Positions 1 through 8,299 of a stretch of 64,000 nucleotides of DNA are shown in pieces (the stretch's first letter is position 1; each line of letters begins with the position of its first letter). The position numbers were made by a program, and so were the translations under genes. Origin of the DNA: Candidatus Chewarchaeum aethiopicum (GTDB lineage: Archaea; Halobacteriota; Halobacteria; Halobacteriales; Hikarchaeaceae); assembly GCA_034190395.1 (NCBI GenBank), contig JAXINS010000015.1, positions 3,679-67,678 on the forward strand, given 5' to 3'. The notes beneath the pieces are model-generated. The model was not told the DNA's origin, made no database searches, and saw only the letters and a program-made list of their open reading frames with translations.

Positions 1-31
1 CGTGTTTGAGGATTTTTTTCCAGTTGTGTCT

Positions 32-132
32 CTGAATGAGCTTACTGATCCCATATGATCAAACGGAGGTATAACGCCACTGTTTGTTTACTGAATGAGC
101 TTACTGATCCCATATGATCAAACGGAGGTATA
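32..132. repeat. tandem direct repeat: two identical 42-bp copies (32-73 and 91-132) separated by 17 bp
   Basis: Read directly: CTGAATGAGCTTACTGATCCCATATGATCAAACGGAGGTATA occurs twice. Each copy holds a TGATC/GATCA inverted repeat around CATATG and ends in GGAGGT. Confidence 0.9.
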
Positions 133-190
133 TCACACAGTGATCACGTAGTGGATGAATCAATTCTCCAAATCAAACTACTTCTGGCAC

Positions 191-946
191 TCAAATACTG
201 ATTAGAGTTCCCAAAACCACAACCAGATATCCGCTAGCGTTTACAACGGCCGCGAGTTCAAACGCTTTCCGGGCCGTCAAACTCGTCCGGACCCGGAGGC
301 CATGATAATGAATCCACCCGGTCCATGCAGTAGTCACAGCCTGTATGCCCGCCGTTATCGGTCGGCTCGCCTTGAATTGTGGGACCAGCGCATCAACCGT
401 CTCGGCGGCGGAGAGATCAGCAGCCGGAAACGCTGCCGTGTCGACCCTGATGACCAGTATCCCAGCAGTAATGAGCGCGCCAACCGCCCACGGAACCGTC
501 CCCCAGCTGGCGATCACAATCGCGTCCCTTCCCGACTCGAACGCTGACGACGCGAGTCCATACAGGGCAACTGTGATTGCGAGCCATCCGATCACCACCG
601 ATATGGCTTGTTCGAACGCTAGTTGACCGGTGAATCGCCAGATAACCGATCGGATGCCGATCTGTGCTGGCTCAGTACATTCTTCGGGAGTCTGAAACGT
701 GATATTCTCACTCCCGACGGACATATTCCCGATCCCCTCTTCCCCACAGAGCGACTCGGACGGCTTGTCCGGATTTGGAACCGTCGTCGACGGATCGAAA
801 CTGGTTACGAACAGCCAGCCAATCGGAAGTATCGAAAGTCCAGTCACAATCACCACAAGAGCGATCACAACGAGTGCACGCTCTACGGAGACTTCCCGGG
901 TTTCGAAATACTCTGCGGGTTGGAGGGCCACGAGTAGCGGGGCCAT
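191..946 (-). CDS. integral membrane protein, unknown function
   Basis: 251-aa ATG ORF with several long hydrophobic segments (VVIALVVIVTGLSILPIGWLFV, VVIGWLAITVALYGLA, WAVGALITAGILVI, GYLVVVLGTLI). Overlapping ORFs in other frames are Arg/Ser/Pro-rich artefacts. Confidence 0.6.
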   Translation of the reverse strand: MAPLLVALQPAEYFETREVSVERALVVIALVVIVTGLSILPIGWLFVTSFDPSTTVPNPDKPSESLCGEEGIGNMSVGSENITFQTPEECTEPAQIGIRSVIWRFTGQLAFEQAISVVIGWLAITVALYGLASSAFESGRDAIVIASWGTVPWAVGALITAGILVIRVDTAAFPAADLSAAETVDALVPQFKASRPITAGIQAVTTAWTGWIHYHGLRVRTSLTARKAFELAAVVNASGYLVVVLGTLISI

Positions 947-1144
947 TTGGGTGGGCCGGGCACCGTCTCGCCTATAACGGATACTATGATCAGTATATAG
1001 TGATCAATAGCTATCAGTTCAGGCTGATTAGAATCGATCGCATACTGGTTTCAATTGTGGCCATCAGCCGGTGTTGAGAGAAATCGCCCCCGGGAGGATT
1101 CCGAAAATCCTACGATTGATTATTTGCTAAGCTCCGGTAAATCG

Positions 1145-1276
1145 ATGGAGTACGAGACGACGGCAAAGAGCCTTCGAGTGATCGGCATCGTCTTACTATT
1201 CTTCGGGACGCTTGGTCTGTTCATCACGCCCGAATATTACACGATTCAACAGTGGGTAACACGACCAGCCGGGTGA
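1145..1276 (+). CDS. candidate small membrane protein (43 aa); an in-frame TGA is followed by a second hydrophobic segment
   Basis: ATG at 1145 gives MEYETTAKSLRVIGIVLLFFGTLGLFITPEYY..., one clear TM helix. Below normal gene-calling size, no homology recognised. Confidence 0.25.
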   Translation: MEYETTAKSLRVIGIVLLFFGTLGLFITPEYYTIQQWVTRPAG

Positions 1277-1575
1277 CGTGCATTGCTCGTATTCAGCCTT
1301 GGAGCCGGCACACTCGTATTCATTGACATCATTGATCTGTCCAGAACGGAGTGAAGTACCACGGAGACAGCCCTGCGGTTTCACTGTTTTGCCCATCCTT
1401 CCTCAACCGGGGCGTGCCCTCCCAGGCAAATTTCATTCCTCCGGCCTTTCGGAGATGGGTGGGTTGGAATTCACACCCGAATCGAAGAGTCCCGTCATCA
1501 CGGCGATCGGAGATTTCTGAACGACCTCAGCACACCCGGCCTGTTCCGCCTGTAGAACTACCTGTTCCTCTGGAT

Positions 1576-2679
1576 TCAATCAGTCGATTCATCAGCGATT
1601 TCTTCGGCTGTCTCTTCCGGTTGCGATGACAGTGTCTCCCGCTCGTTCCACTCGTTTTCCTCTTCCTGTAATGTGGCCTTCTCGGCCTTATTCCGTCGGA
1701 TCATTGCCTGAATCCCCCTTTCGGCAATATTACTTCCATGTTCGGCCGTCCGCTGGAGGCTATCCAGTACCCTGGTTAGTCGATAGTCCGCTTCCGAGAT
1801 TTCGAATAATCGACGGTTGAGCGTGGCCGTCCGTTCGCGTACCCGATCGCGTAAACTTAATGCCTCTTTTGCCGTGTGCAGATTGGCATCATCAATGACG
1901 ACAGAAACGGCGCTCTCGACGACTTCGCGAGCCAACTCGGCGATCGTTTCAAGCTCATCGGTCTGTTCGACCGGGATCGGGTCGTCGAGTTCGGTTGCGA
2001 TAGCCATGATCCGTTCGGCGTGATCGGCGATTCGTTCGAGTTCATGTACCGCATACCAGAGGGTGAACAACTCCGGTCGAGACTGTCCTAAAGCGTCGAT
2101 CTCATCCAGTCTTGACAACGCCCGGCTGAATGACCGATCGATCAATGCATAAACACGGTCGGCTTCGTCGTCGCGGGTCATCAGCGATTCCGTCGGACCC
2201 TCACCGACCATCGCGGCCGTGGCGTCCCGATGCATTCCCAGAGCGATGAATCTGAGCTGTCTGACAGACTGCTGGACCGATACCTCCTCAGGATCGAGGA
2301 GGGCCTGCAGCGTAAGTTCTGTCTCGTTTTCGGTCGTGACGGTGAGACCAGTTAAGCTCCGGGCAACCTGAAGGACACCTTTTCGCTGGGAGTCTGTGAA
2401 CTGGTCGTCGGGGGTGAAGGTTATTTCTTCAAATCCCGCTGCATAGGCTGCCCGGACTGCCCGTCGTAACCAGTCTGGATCCTTATCCGTTGTCGGAATA
2501 GTCACGTGCCCGGTTGGATCGACATCGCGGTCACCGACCTGGATGACAAGCAAGCCATCGATGTGGGTGTGCAGGTCGACAACGGTGCCTTGGCTGATAT
2601 TCTCGGACTCGGCCCAGTCTAACGGGATTGAGACCGTGAAAGTTCCCCCACCGACTTCCTGGACCTTTCGGCGCTCCAT
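1576..2679 (-). CDS. AbrB/SpoVT-domain plus PhoU-domain regulator (haloarchaeal PhoU-like fusion)
   Basis: N-terminus RKVQEVGGGTFTVSIPLDWAE..GTVVDL is a SpoVT/AbrB-type looped-hinge motif. The C-terminal two-thirds carries PhoU-like helical repeats (DDEADRVYALIDR, ELERIADHAERIM, LQRTAEHGSNIAE). ATG confirmed at 2679. Confidence 0.85.
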   Translation of the reverse strand: MERRKVQEVGGGTFTVSIPLDWAESENISQGTVVDLHTHIDGLLVIQVGDRDVDPTGHVTIPTTDKDPDWLRRAVRAAYAAGFEEITFTPDDQFTDSQRKGVLQVARSLTGLTVTTENETELTLQALLDPEEVSVQQSVRQLRFIALGMHRDATAAMVGEGPTESLMTRDDEADRVYALIDRSFSRALSRLDEIDALGQSRPELFTLWYAVHELERIADHAERIMAIATELDDPIPVEQTDELETIAELAREVVESAVSVVIDDANLHTAKEALSLRDRVRERTATLNRRLFEISEADYRLTRVLDSLQRTAEHGSNIAERGIQAMIRRNKAEKATLQEEENEWNERETLSSQPEETAEEIADESTD

Positions 2680-2697
2680 CGCTGGCTGACTCCGGGA

Positions 2698-3144
2698 CTA
2701 TTGGTCGGTTTCGGTGGTTGTTTCAGGGAGGTATTTCGACTGTGCGGCCATATGTAGCAGTCCGAAGCCCAAGCCGGCTACCGCAAGCGACCAGAAGAAA
2801 CTGCCATCACCGGCCCCGTATCGTGTGTACGTGTAATTCGCTAGAAGTGCGATGACACTCGCGGCCACGAGCGTCCAGGAGGCCGAGAGCAACACCGAAT
2901 CTCGCCGAGAGATCGGCAGTGATCGATAGTGACTGAGCTTCCCGGCGGTGTTCAGGACGAACGCGATAGTAACGATACCGACGCCGCCCCAAATGAAGAG
3001 ACCCATATTGATGACGTTGCCGATGGCGAGCACTCCAAGGCCAGCGAACAAAAGCAAGCGGCTTCGTCCCTCGGCGGTACTGGGGTTGATGTTCATGAGC
3101 CTGTCTTTCTCGGCTACTGTGGAAATGGATTCTGTGTTGGTCAT
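2698..3144 (-). CDS. small polytopic membrane protein, last membrane gene of the ECF operon
   Basis: 148-aa ORF with about 4 hydrophobic helices. Its start lies 3 nt after the EcfT stop and its stop 18 nt before the AbrB-PhoU start. Confidence 0.65.
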   Translation of the reverse strand: MTNTESISTVAEKDRLMNINPSTAEGRSRLLLFAGLGVLAIGNVINMGLFIWGGVGIVTIAFVLNTAGKLSHYRSLPISRRDSVLLSASWTLVAASVIALLANYTYTRYGAGDGSFFWSLAVAGLGFGLLHMAAQSKYLPETTTETDQ

Positions 3145-3146
3145 GG

Positions 3147-3938
3147 TTATACTCCCGGAGATGGCAGGATGGGGACCGTCAGCATCCCGAAGTTGACGGC
3201 CGCAGTCATCACGACCACAACGACTCCAACGCCGAAGAGGAATGCATCGCCGGCGTCGAATTTCAGGTCGTGTCTGAGTTCTCGCCCCTCGTTCGAGAAC
3301 GAGTAGCCACGCATCGTCAGCACGGACATCATCGTATTGGAACGCTTGAGGACCGACATGAACATCGGGACGGCCAGACTCGGCATGTTGCGGGCGAATT
3401 TCACGGGATTTTTCGTTTCGATTTCGAGTCCTTTGACTTTCATCGCATCCATGATGCGGAAGAGGTCACTGATCGTGATATAAAACAACAGGAGGACATA
3501 TTCAAGCGTGAAACAGACGAGTTCCGGGACGCCGAGGCCTCGCAACCCATCCGTAATCTCGGTCAACTCCATGGTGGTGAAGAGACTGGCGCTGATCAAC
3601 AGCGCTGCCTGCCACGAGAGAGCGAGTTTCAAGCCGAAGTCGAAGTTGCCGCCAAAGGCAGCACCGCCGGTGGCCATCCGTTGAATGGCTGGGAAGGCGA
3701 GTATCCCGAGGACGTTCGGGACTTGAATCAGCAACAACACACCGATCCACTTGATCGGCACGCGAGCAAGGATAACGAGCCCGACGCCGACACCAACCAT
3801 CGCCAACATCCATTCCCAGGTGGGTGCGAGATACAGATAGAACAACGTCAGCACGAAGATACCGAGTTTCGACCGGGGATCTCGCCGGTGGAACCAGGTA
3901 TCCGTATCGTTGTAGATGACCGGAACGCGTCGCTTCAT
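3147..3938 (-). CDS. ecfT: energy-coupling factor transporter transmembrane (T) component, CbiQ/EcfT family
   Basis: 263-aa polytopic protein with CbiQ-like coupling-helix Arg motifs (MDAMKVKGLE, LTMRGYSF). ATGA overlap with the upstream ATPase gene. Confidence 0.8.
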   Translation of the reverse strand: MKRRVPVIYNDTDTWFHRRDPRSKLGIFVLTLFYLYLAPTWEWMLAMVGVGVGLVILARVPIKWIGVLLLIQVPNVLGILAFPAIQRMATGGAAFGGNFDFGLKLALSWQAALLISASLFTTMELTEITDGLRGLGVPELVCFTLEYVLLLFYITISDLFRIMDAMKVKGLEIETKNPVKFARNMPSLAVPMFMSVLKRSNTMMSVLTMRGYSFSNEGRELRHDLKFDAGDAFLFGVGVVVVVMTAAVNFGMLTVPILPSPGV

Positions 3939-5692
3939 CCTGACACCTCCAGCATTGGGGCGAACGTTTCGACGAACTCATCGGGGGTTAGCGCGTCAAT
4001 CCCGACCCGATGGGCGAGACGAGCCGCCCGGGGGGGACGCATATGCCGGCTCGCCAACCAGTCCCAGTTGTCGGTGGCAAACACCTCATGAACTGGCCCT
4101 TGCATCGCCACCGATCCGTCCTCGAGAACAGTGACGGTGTCAGCGACTTCACACACGAAGTCCATATCGTGATCGATGATGACTACACCTTTCCCTTGTT
4201 CGCGGAACTGCTCGATCGTCCGTTTGACGTGTGACCGAGCGGTCGCGTCGACCCCAGCGACGGGTTCGTCGAGTACTAAGACGTCGGGATCGGGCGCTAA
4301 CGCACCCGCAATCGTCACCTGTCGGCGCTGGCCCCGTGGCAGGAACATCGGATCCTCGTCTCTAGTCGCATCCGCGATACCGACGAGATCGCACACCTCA
4401 TCGACACGTTCATCGATGAACGCGTCGTCGTATCGTTCGCGTTTCGAGAATCCAAAAAGCCCGCTCCGCTCGTATCGGCGTTTCTCCAATGGGAAGCGGA
4501 GCTCTTGATCGACCGTTTTTTCCGATAACTGTTCATCCGGGTTTTGGAGGGCGATCCCCACGGTTTCTGCAATCGCGCGCGCCGTTCGCCCGGTTGTCGG
4601 TTCGTCGTCGACGAAAACGGTCCCACGTGTCGGTTTGAACAACCCTACCAGTAACTTGCTGAACGTGGTTTTCCCGGCGCCGTTACCGCCGATGATCGCG
4701 TGGACCTCGCCCTCGCGAACGACGAAATCCACGTTATTGACTGCGACTTCATCGGCGGAGTACTCGTAGGTGACACCCTCGGTCCGGATGAGTGTGTCTC
4801 CAAAGCCGGGCGTCACGGAGACCGTCCCCCCGTCCGGGGCACTCGGTATTTTTTCCGACGGGTTGGCTAGCTCTTCGCCGATTTGACCTTCCAGTGCATC
4901 GATGAACTCACCGGGCGAGAGTGGATTACCTCGCAGTCCCAGTTCGTTCGCGATGTGCAGACATACTGGTGGTGCCACACCGACTTCTCGGAGGAGATCA
5001 GCATCACGGAGGAGATCGTCAGCGGAGCCAAAGGCAACGCGTTCGCCTTCCTTCAAGACGAGAAGTTTGTCCGCCACCCCGACCAGAGCGTCGGGATCGT
5101 TTTCGGTGACGACGAGTGTCTTCTCGCCGCCGAGCGAGGCGATGAGATTCGAGACATCGTCGCGTCCTTCCGGATCGAGCATATCGGTCGCCGTATCGAA
5201 GATCATCACCTCGGGATCGATCGCGAGGGCCGCAGCGATCGCAAGCCGCTGTTGTTGCCCACCGGAGAGCTCCCACGTGAATTTGTCTTCGGCATCGTCC
5301 ATCCGGACCTGCTCAAGCAACTCGCGTGCGCGGACAGTAGCTTCGTCCCGGGGAATCCCCCGGTTGACCAGCGGCGCGATCACCTCGTCGATTACCCGAA
5401 CCTGTGTGAGTTGGGCGGAGTAGTCCTCAAACACCATCGCTACCTTGTTGTCCTTCGCCTCACGTGGATCCCGCCCTGCTACCGAAAGATCGCCGCTGGT
5501 CGTTCCTCCTGTATCCTGTGGCGCAAAACTCGAAAGCGCCATCGCGAGCGTGGTTTTGCCCGCTTCGACTGGCCCGACGACACCCAATACCTCACCCTCA
5601 TCGATATCGAAGGAAACGTCGACTAATGCGGGGTCGCGCTTGGTGGGGTAGGTGAACGTGAATTCGTCTGCGCTAAGCATCCTGACCTCCAT
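3935..5692 (-). CDS. ecfA: fused double ABC ATPase (EcfA1-EcfA2 type)
   Basis: Two ABC cassettes. Cassette 1: GPVEAGKT, LSGGQQQR, IFDTATD. Cassette 2: GGNGAGKT, LPRGQRRQ, LVLDEP, IIDHD. An alternative ATG at 5680 is preceded by GGAGGT. Confidence 0.9.
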   Translation of the reverse strand: MEVRMLSADEFTFTYPTKRDPALVDVSFDIDEGEVLGVVGPVEAGKTTLAMALSSFAPQDTGGTTSGDLSVAGRDPREAKDNKVAMVFEDYSAQLTQVRVIDEVIAPLVNRGIPRDEATVRARELLEQVRMDDAEDKFTWELSGGQQQRLAIAAALAIDPEVMIFDTATDMLDPEGRDDVSNLIASLGGEKTLVVTENDPDALVGVADKLLVLKEGERVAFGSADDLLRDADLLREVGVAPPVCLHIANELGLRGNPLSPGEFIDALEGQIGEELANPSEKIPSAPDGGTVSVTPGFGDTLIRTEGVTYEYSADEVAVNNVDFVVREGEVHAIIGGNGAGKTTFSKLLVGLFKPTRGTVFVDDEPTTGRTARAIAETVGIALQNPDEQLSEKTVDQELRFPLEKRRYERSGLFGFSKRERYDDAFIDERVDEVCDLVGIADATRDEDPMFLPRGQRRQVTIAGALAPDPDVLVLDEPVAGVDATARSHVKRTIEQFREQGKGVVIIDHDMDFVCEVADTVTVLEDGSVAMQGPVHEVFATDNWDWLASRHMRPPRAARLAHRVGIDALTPDEFVETFAPMLEVSG

Positions 5693-5720
5693 TGTAGGGG
5701 TGTCCCGGGCTCATGGTACG

Positions 5721-5726
5721 AAAAAA
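5721..5726 (-). terminator. T6 run (minus strand) between the S-component stop and the ATPase start
   Basis: AAAAAA on the plus strand, 16-21 nt downstream of the S-component TAA (5742-5744). Oligo-T tracts are the usual archaeal termination signal. Confidence 0.3.
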
Positions 5727-5741
5727 CCGATAACAGCGAGA

Positions 5742-6332
5742 TTAGTCAGCGGTCTGAGCTGAAGGTGCGAGCACCCGTTCCATCCGACCACGGAGCGCGG
5801 CAACAGTGGGGATGAGTGGGATCGCACCGAGGATGATGCCGTGGGTAACCGTGTTACCCGCGAGAGCCGTTGCATACACACTCACCGCGTCACCGGAAAT
5901 GATGAGAAGTGATAGTCCTTCGATGGCGAACTGGATGAAACCACCCAAGACGGCACCGATCGCAAGCTTGGTGGTGTCACTGGGATCCCGGAAGAAGTAT
6001 CCGGCGATGGTAAAGCCGATAACGTAGCCGGTCCAGCCGAACGGTTCATCCGGTTCAAGTCCTTCGAAGAAGTCGAGAATTCCTTCGGCAATGGTTGCAC
6101 CGACCGCGGCGGCAATAGTCGGCGTGCCCCACGGGACGAACACGATCACCGTATACACGACGAAGAACGCCTTCCAGTCGATATCCGGCGGAATTTCCCC
6201 GAGCCCTTCGCCGATTGCGAGTGCTCCAGCGAACAGTACCGCGGTGAGCCCGGCAATGACGACCAGGCTCGTCAGGTCGACGTCCGTTCTGAATTTTGAG
6301 GACTTCCCTCGTTCGGAATCTGCTTGTGCCAT
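5742..6332 (-). CDS. ECF-transporter S-component-like membrane protein (substrate unknown)
   Basis: About 6 hydrophobic helices, first gene of the ECF A/T operon. Start set to ATG 6332 (MAQADSERG...) because the upstream ATG at 6353 overlaps the TATA box (6352-6360), which sits about 24 nt upstream of 6332. Confidence 0.6.
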   Translation of the reverse strand: MAQADSERGKSSKFRTDVDLTSLVVIAGLTAVLFAGALAIGEGLGEIPPDIDWKAFFVVYTVIVFVPWGTPTIAAAVGATIAEGILDFFEGLEPDEPFGWTGYVIGFTIAGYFFRDPSDTTKLAIGAVLGGFIQFAIEGLSLLIISGDAVSVYATALAGNTVTHGIILGAIPLIPTVAALRGRMERVLAPSAQTAD

Positions 6333-6351
6333 CGAGTGATTGGTGACCAAC

Positions 6352-6375
6352 ATATAAAAAGAAGATTGCTATGAG
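6352..6375 (-). promoter_or_regulatory. promoter module CTCATAGCAA (6366-6375) plus TATA box TTTTTATAT (6352-6360) for the ECF operon
   Basis: Minus strand reads tCTCATAGCAAtcttcTTTTTATATgttggtcaccaatcactcgATG. The 10-mer ends exactly 33 nt before ATG 6332, the same spacing as at 9686-9695. Confidence 0.5.
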
Positions 6376-6618
6376 AGGTACATCCCGGTAGGCAGCCGTA
6401 TCCAGTACTACCGAGTCCACATACCGATTAGGATCTATATGTAGCAATATATACTATTGGTCGCCGATACACTTGTTACTCGATACGCTAACAGGAAATT
6501 ATTGTAAGACTGCACAGAGGTGCTACGATTGGTTCTCGAACGAAGACCCGCGATTAGAAACAGGACAAGACTCAACACTCACAGGTGATATTGGTGTATA
6601 TACGCAAACATAGTACTC

Positions 6619-6960
6619 ATGATTCGGATAGACCCAGCCACCGCACGTCCACCGCCTGCGATTTCCGGACTCACTGTCGAGGGTGATCGCTGGGAATTCG
6701 ATCCGGACCCCTACCACGCATTCATCAAGGAGGCGACCGGTATCGACTTCCCGGATGATCCGACTGCAACCGATTGCTATCGGATCGGGAACCGATTAGA
6801 GGCACTTATCGAAGAGGCCCAACGACATGATCAATGGAACTCGGCCTTTGTCGATCAATATCCGACGGTATCGACACTGAATGAGATCGTTGGACTCGCT
6901 CGTTTCTTCAGGCGATGTCACGAATCTTATTTGTCGGATATCACGTATCCAGAAGAGTGA
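6619..6960 (+). CDS. hypothetical acidic protein
   Basis: 113-aa ATG ORF with Asp/Glu-rich composition, in an otherwise gene-free gap. No family recognised. Confidence 0.5.
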   Translation: MIRIDPATARPPPAISGLTVEGDRWEFDPDPYHAFIKEATGIDFPDDPTATDCYRIGNRLEALIEEAQRHDQWNSAFVDQYPTVSTLNEIVGLARFFRRCHESYLSDITYPEE

Positions 6961-7190
6961 GCCGCGTCGTTTTCGATCCGCCGATATAGTCACGTAGGAT
7001 CTGATAGCCCTAGTTGTGATCGCCGTCATATGAATCAACGATTCTGAATCAATTCCGGGATCGGTTGCTCCGGTGATGAGTGTCGCATTTCGGATCCGAC
7101 GATTCATACCGCTCCCCACGGAAGACGAGCACACGATGGTGAGATCGCTGCGGTGGACGCCTTCGTCTGCGGATCGCGTCGCACCGATAG

Positions 7191-8033
7191 ATGGGAAACA
7201 TGAATGTATTGGCGGCGGTGAGGCTCGTGACTGACCGTCTCGATCAGCTTCTATCGGTGGCCCGAACGGGCGCTGAGGTCGCCTCCGAGGGATTTCAGGC
7301 CGGTATTGTCGCGGAGACGAAAGGTGCGGCCGATCGTATCGTGAATCCGGGAGACGTAGTGACTGCGGCCGATCGGGATGCCCAACGCGCCATTCTTGAG
7401 GCGATCGAGGATCGGTTCCCGGCTGATACGATCGTTGCTGAGGAGGAAGACGCTCAAAAAACCGTTCCGGACTCAGGTGCTGTTTGGGTAATCGATCCGA
7501 TCGATGGGTCCTACAACTTTGTCCGGGGTATCCCCATGTGGGCGACAGCCGTCGCTCTGGTGGTCGATGGGACTGCAGTCGGCGCGGCGACAATCGCACC
7601 GGCCACGGCCACAACGTACTTTGCGGATCGAAGCCGGACGACCCGGGATGGCACACCGGTCTCGGTTAGCGACCGGACCGATCCTAAGACCTTCGGAGTA
7701 GCGTACACCGTTGTCCCGGCTCTCGGGGAGCGAGCGGCCTATTCCGACGGTGTCAAAGCTATGCTGACCAGCTTCGGTGATGTCCGTCGCATCGGCAGCC
7801 TTCACATCGCATTGGCGCTGGTCGCTGCCGGCGGATTGGAGGGCGTTGTCACGCCTGCCGTCGTGAGTCCATGGGACAGCATCGGTGGTGTTCACCTTGT
7901 TCGACAGGCCGGCGGCGTGGCGACGGATATTGACGGGGATCCGTGGCGACCGGAATCGACCGGTCTCGTCGTTTCGAACGGGACCGCACACGAGGAATTG
8001 CTACGGATTGGGCGCCATATGGCAGGTGATTGA
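7191..8033 (+). CDS. inositol monophosphatase family protein (IMPase/FBPase type)
   Basis: Signature WVIDPIDGSYNF, upstream EEED metal-binding region, C-terminal WD..GG motif. Confidence 0.9.
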   Translation: MGNMNVLAAVRLVTDRLDQLLSVARTGAEVASEGFQAGIVAETKGAADRIVNPGDVVTAADRDAQRAILEAIEDRFPADTIVAEEEDAQKTVPDSGAVWVIDPIDGSYNFVRGIPMWATAVALVVDGTAVGAATIAPATATTYFADRSRTTRDGTPVSVSDRTDPKTFGVAYTVVPALGERAAYSDGVKAMLTSFGDVRRIGSLHIALALVAAGGLEGVVTPAVVSPWDSIGGVHLVRQAGGVATDIDGDPWRPESTGLVVSNGTAHEELLRIGRHMAGD

Positions 8034-8299
8034 TGTTTCCCAGATCTACCCACAAGTCCATCACGACCGCTCGTTTCCTGATAGCACGTACGCGGATCGA
8101 CAGCGGATGATCATGAGTTGCGGCCCTGGTTAGCTTGTACAGCGTAAATCCGCATATATGAGTTATCTGGTTCGGCCGCATTGTCCTTCTTGATGACGAC
8201 TGATAACTGACCGATACGCCCTGTCTTTCTTGCACGCCCTATTAAACGACTGTTGTAGGTATGCCGGGGTGAACTTATGGATTGCTCCGATAATTCCCA

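Noticed and set aside
32-132. Possible CRISPR array remnant
   Set aside because: Only two repeat copies. The 17-bp spacer is much shorter than the 42-bp repeat. No cas genes or leader are visible.
6796-7656. 286-aa ORF on the minus strand
   Set aside because: Antisense to the IMPase gene, which has unambiguous signatures. The translation is Pro/Arg/Ser-rich.
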